64,000 nucleotides of DNA, taken from contig CM052817.1 of NCBI GenBank assembly GCA_028534125.1, positions 8,248,001 through 8,312,000 on the forward strand. The letters run 5' to 3'. Below, piece after piece: positions 59,171 through 64,000 of this stretch. The stretch is from Lama glama. Lineage: Eukaryota. Position 1 is the stretch's first letter. The number at the start of each line of letters is the position of its first letter. The notes beneath the pieces were generated by a model that did no database searches, was not told the DNA's origin, and saw only the letters and a list, made by a program, of their open reading frames with translations. The position numbers were made by a program, and so were the translations under genes.

Positions 59171-60469
59171 CTGTCTCCTCACGGAGGGCCCTTCATGTCA
59201 TCTGCAATGATGACATGTTAACTGGGGTTGCTGCTGGTGCCACCCCAGGACCCTCCCACAACGCACCTGTCAGACAGAAAGAAGGTGCCTATTAAAGGTA
59301 TAGCTAGCCTATTCCAGTCTAACCTCTTCCAGGCTCTTCCCAAGAACAATTTTCACTTTTGGTGGTAAAGGTTTTTACCAGAAGCTATGCCATTTATTTC
59401 CTTCATGAGATACCAGTGAGCACCATTTAAAATACCTATTTTTCAGACCATGATAAGAAAAAGCCATACTGGGTAGAATTCCAAATCCAAGAGTCTCAAC
59501 CTGATTAGAAATGAGTATCAAAACCAAAACACAGGGTAATAGTAAGCAAATGGAGAGAGAGGTGTGAGATGTATCATTTTGGCTTTTTTGATAATTAGAA
59601 ATGAGATAGTTTCTTGGTTCTCAGTTCCTAACTTAGTTAAAGATAAAAGTATGGCTGATCATGGTTTCTTGTGTAGAGCAAAAACACGATGACTCTTCTG
59701 AGGTCCACTGATTTGAACAAGAGTAACTTTGTCATCACACACTCAGCACACAACTTTCAATCACCAAAAAAAACAAATAGGAGGAATTACTCGGGCTTTA
59801 GGAGGTTTTGGGTTACAGGTAACTTCTTGATGAGAAAGTCAGTATTGGGAATATTTCTTCTGTGTGTAAAGTTCAAAAAGTTGACCCAATCTCTCTCTCA
59901 AAGGATTAAGCTGTCTTCCAAGAATTTATTTTACTTATAGAAGAGAGATATGGGGAGACAAAATAATAAAAGGAGAGAATGAAAACTGCTGAAAGAGATT
60001 GTGAGTTGGAAAGACGCAGGAAAGGAGAGGAGAGATTGACAGCAGTAGAGAGAATAAGGGTTACCTGCGATGAGGAAAAAGAAAACATTATGGTCTGGGG
60101 TGGCTTATAGCCAACTCAACAAGCTTTATTTGCTTTTTTCATCAGAAACTCTGGGGAAAGATGTAATCATTTCTCGATTGGAATCTGATTCCTTTTTAGC
60201 TGCGTAGGTGGGAAAAACTTTGGATTGCCGTGCTGGTCTTAAGTGTTCAGGTACACTTGTGTCTCGTTCCTCTATTGCAGCCATCTGTTGGTAATAAATC
60301 TCTGTGTGATTGCCATCTGTGGGCTGACAGGGAGAACGGTGCACTTTATTCAGGGAACTGTGCATATATTTTTCGTTCTAAGAAGGATCCTGGCACTAGG
60401 GACATGAATTCACTCTAAGAACCATATGTCTCCTGGAAATTGATATCTTCAGACAGGACTGCAGTGGAG

Positions 60470-60650
60470 TTAGAAGCTTTTAGCACCAAGATTCAAGCTA
60501 GTGTGAACTTGGACAAGAACTTAATTAACTCTGTGTCTCAGTTTATGCATCCTAAAAAAGAAGACGATGCCTCTGTAAGGTTTTAGTAAAGGGCAAATGC
60601 AATTCTATTTGTGAAAGGCTTAGCATCGTATCTGGTACTACATATTAAGT
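60470..60650 (+). mobile_element. MIR SINE
   Basis: gtgaacttggacaagaacttaattaactctgtgtctcagttt...gtgaaaggcttagca. Confidence 0.7.
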
Positions 60651-60940
60651 TGAATCAGTCAAGGTTCATTCAGAAAAGCAGAAATTTTAATTGATTATTT
60701 TAACAGAGGTAATTTAATGTGGAGATTTGATTAAATAGGGATTGGAAGATTAAATATGAGTTACAAATCCTAAACCCACTGAGGCAGCAAGAGATAGTAA
60801 CTGGAGAAATGAAGGGAAGAGATGGAATTATCAGAACTTGAAAGAGGGAATTGGAATCAAGTCATCTGGGATGGGGATACTGGTCAATCTGCACCAATGT
60901 TTCTGAAGGAGCACAAGGAAGCTAATCCTGAGAGTGTGGA
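60651..60940 (-). mobile_element. Old LTR fragment (LTR78/LTR79-like)
   Basis: tgaatcagtcaaggttcattcagaaaagcagaaa...ttttaacagaggtaatttaat. Confidence 0.5.
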
Positions 60941-60945
60941 GGACC

Positions 60946-61055
60946 ATCCAATCATCCATCCATCCTTTGATTCATCCATCTATCCATCCATCCATCAATT
61001 CATCTATTTATCCATCCATCCATCTAACCATCCATTTTATTTATCCTTCCATTAT
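60946..61055. repeat. Degenerate (TCCA)n repeat at an L2 tail
   Basis: catccatccatcc units followed by reverse L2 (atgcttacctac...cctgtcctcaaggagctcagagtc). Confidence 0.85.
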
Positions 61056-61354
61056 GCCTTCTTTTTCTTCTATCTGTCTAGCCCACAGATCTCTAGAGAG
61101 TGATATGCTTACCTACAGTATGTCAGACTCTACTCAGTGTTAGAACTAGTACAGATGTTTTCTATGTAGTTCCTGTCCTCAAGGAGCTCAGAGTCTTACA
61201 GGGCAGACAGGTACATAAAAACCAAATTATAACAAAATAGTAAATGCTTTTATAGAAATATAAACAAAGTACCAATTTTTTGGGCTGATGGATATTATTA
61301 AATATAAATCCTAAAGCAACAGGAACACAATTCCTGGGATGTTTACTGTAGCAG

Positions 61355-61600
61355 CATAACCAGGTAGTGAATAGTCTGACCTCGGGTCCTGGATTGTGCC
61401 ATTACTGACTGTCATCTTAGCAAGTTCCTTCAACACTTTTGTGCTTCTGCTTTTCTCATATTTAAAAATGTGAATAGTGGTACTTGGCTCATAAGATTGC
61501 GGGTAGGATTAAGCAAGTCAACATATATAAAGCACTTAGAATCAACTTAGGGTTAGGGTTACGGTAATGAAAAGCATCAAAAATGTTGGCTAATATTAAT
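61355..61600 (+). mobile_element. MIR SINE
   Basis: tcttagcaagttccttcaac...tcataagattgcgggtaggattaag...taaagcacttagaa. Confidence 0.8.
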
Positions 61601-62419
61601 ATTTGTATATACCTTAGAGCTTAAATTCATCATGGCATTTAACCTTTAAAACCTCTCCCTGTCCTGGGACAATAGGGTAGTTATTGCTTTCCAAATGGGA
61701 CAGCAAGGTCTAGGGAAGTTAATTTTTGTGGGGGAAAGTCACAGAAATGCAGAGCAGTTCAGCTAGAAATCTCTCTTAGTGCTTCTTCTATAATGTTCTT
61801 TCTCTTATGCCATGAAGCATTATATATTGACTTGGAAAAGCAACTGCTGTTCCCAAGTGTCATAGCTACTGACTGGCTGCAGCTGGGCTGACTGTAAACA
61901 TAGCCAAATGACACAGGCTGCCGCATAACCAAGTCACTGCAGCTTTGCCCTCATCTGCCACTCAATACAAAGTCCCTGGTGATCAAGGGACAGAAGGCGT
62001 GGGTCAAGGAGCTGCCAAACACCAAATATACATCTTAATTGGTTGCAGGCAGTCACCTCCATCCAAGTCCTTGATGGGAAAGTGGCTCCCTCAGGGGCCC
62101 ATAGAATTAGGGATTCAATGTCCTTGAAAAATCAAAACTAGCTTTGGAGTTTGAAATCACTCAAGAATGAAATATTTTTGATTGATATTCTATTCACAGG
62201 GTGGTTAGGTTTCCTTGATTGTTTCATTTGACTTTGGGGTCTGGTCCTACAAAAATGCATCAGAACTCTGAACGCTGAGCTATGCTAAGCTGAGAGAGAA
62301 GAAGGAAATAGTGTAAGAGTCACTGCTTCCCAGGAAGGGACGCACAGATCACACCTGCAGCTGCCACAGAATTAGGGGAGTTGTGATCACAAAAAGGGAT
62401 GTGGAAGACACAGGTCCCA

Positions 62420-64000
62420 TTCATTTAAATTAGTTTTTTGAATGCCATGTGCTGAGCCCTGGGGCAGTGAAGTGAAATAGCCTTGCTTTCTAGGAGCTCC
62501 TAGGCTAGTTGGGGAGAAGTGCTAACACATACTTACATGATATGTGTATGAGATGATACAACTTTGCACAGGCGGCGCAGATGAGGAAACAATCCGCTCT
62601 GTGTCTGGGAATCTGAGGTTTCTATAGGTAAATGCCAACTAAGCAGAGCTTTAAAGCATGTACAAGAATTTTCTAGACATAATTTGAAGAGGGGCATTCT
62701 AAGCACGGGCCATAGCATATCTAAAATCCTGGAATCATGTACATGTTCCACTTCACCCAAATTGTATCTTGAACAGTTGTACCAAGTACCAAGCTAGAGG
62801 TTGTCCAATAGTATCTCATTGTGATTTAATTTTCACTTACTTAATTACTAATGAAGTTCAGTGTCTTTTCATATGTTTACTGAAAATTTTTGTTTTCTGT
62901 GCAATACTTGTTCATGACTTATGCCCATTTTTCTATTTAGGTTGTTTGTATTTTTCTTATTGTAGGAATTTTCATATATTCTGAATACTAATCCTTTACT
63001 GGTTTTGTTTTTTAAATATATTCTATGCATTTATTCTCATTTACATATATTATGTATTTCCTTATTTTATATATATGCAAAGTATATATTATTACATATG
63101 TAATTTATTTCTAATTAAATATTATACATTAAATAAGTCCCATTTTAAATAAATAAATGTATAAAAATATACAAGCTCCTATATATTCTCATATATAATA
63201 TTTATCTACATACCCCTTCTATATAAATAGATATATCTCTTATGGTTCATCTTTTCATTTTATATTATTTATTTCTGTATCTTGTTTAAGAAATGTTCTC
63301 TGCCCTCAGTCATAAGGATATGCTATTTTACATATATTTTATTCATACTTAAACGTGTAAATTATTTAGAATCGATTTCTGTGTGTGGTGTGATGTAGGC
63401 ATCCATTATATTTTATTTTTCAAAACAAGTAACTGATTCTCCCAGCACCATTATTGAATGGTTCATATTGTTTCAAATGTTCTGAAATACTTTGACATAT
63501 ATCACATTTCTAGAAGTACATTATTTTTCAATTAAGAAAATATCAATTTAAAATATCTTTATGAAACATCATGAAATACACATTAGCATCCTGACTTGAC
63601 GTACAGCTTGACCAGAGTTACATGGAAGACGATACAGACACTTTGACAACAGTGTCCATGTCCTATCACTTGGAGGGGTGAAAAAAAGAACCATATCATG
63701 AAGGGATTTTGGGGACCTAGGATTTTACTCCACAGACAATTAGAAGCCATCAAAAGCTTTCAGCAGGGGAATGACATAGTTTGATTCACATTTTAACATG
63801 ATTCCCTTAGCTGTTGGATGATAAGTAAGCTGTGAGAAGGTACATGTAGATGTACAGTGGTCCAGGTATGAGGTGGTGTCACCTGGACCTTGGAGAGTCC
63901 AGTGGAGATGAACCATAAGGGAATGGATTTGAAATACATTTTAGAGATAAACACATCAGAACTTGCTGTCCAACTGGATTTAATTGGAGGCTGAAGGAAA
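62420..64000 (-). mobile_element. L2 split by an old L1; runs off the window end
   Basis: ctaggagctcctaggctagttgggg (62490); resumes ggattttactccacagacaattagaagccatcaaaagctttcagcaggggaatgacat (63720) to the end. Confidence 0.8.
62750..63520 (-). mobile_element. Old L1M ORF2 3' fragment with AT-rich low-complexity insert
   Basis: tagtatctcattgtgatttaattttcacttac...tcttttcatatgtttactg; tcccagcaccattattgaa. Confidence 0.85.

Noticed and set aside
61547..61564. TTAGGGTTAGGGTTACGG telomere-like repeat
   Set aside because: Only about 2.5 units inside a MIR; too short to call an interstitial telomeric sequence
1..64000. All ORFs in the supplied six-frame track as standalone genes
   Set aside because: All are 156 aa or shorter, many use TTG/GTG starts that are irrelevant in mammals, none resembles a protein I recognise, and many lie in L1, L2 or LTR sequence

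Overview
Mammalian non-coding genomic DNA, most likely from a camelid (camel, alpaca or llama). The evidence is two tRNA-Ala-like SINEs of the camelid Vic-1 type, camelid-style young L1 3' ends, an artiodactyl-type Tigger1 MITE, and no Alu, B1/B2, BovB/Bov-A or PRE1 seen. I find no credible protein-coding exon, RNA gene or CpG-island promoter; the supplied ORFs are chance ORFs or fall in repeats. Much of the window is interspersed repeat: MIR, L2, old and young L1, MaLR/ERVL/ERV1 solo LTRs, hAT and Tigger MITEs and CR1 remnants, with several nested insertions and readable target-site duplications (TSDs). The window is probably a long intron or 5' non-coding region of a + strand gene or lncRNA, inferred from weak strand asymmetries; I cannot name the gene. 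Best leads: (i) a repeat-poor block at about 5.9-8.4 kb ending in a candidate + strand exon with a G|GTAAGT donor; (ii) a YAG|GTAAGT site at 26292/26293 with recursive-splice-site architecture; (iii) two very old putative transposase fossils (hAT Blackjack-like and pogo/Tigger-like); (iv) an ETS-CRE composite motif inside an L2; (v) an L1-tail-in-L1-tail chimera. I see no evidence for a new multi-gene system. Repeat family names come from recalled consensus sequences, not from a database search. Boundaries are approximate unless a TSD is quoted.
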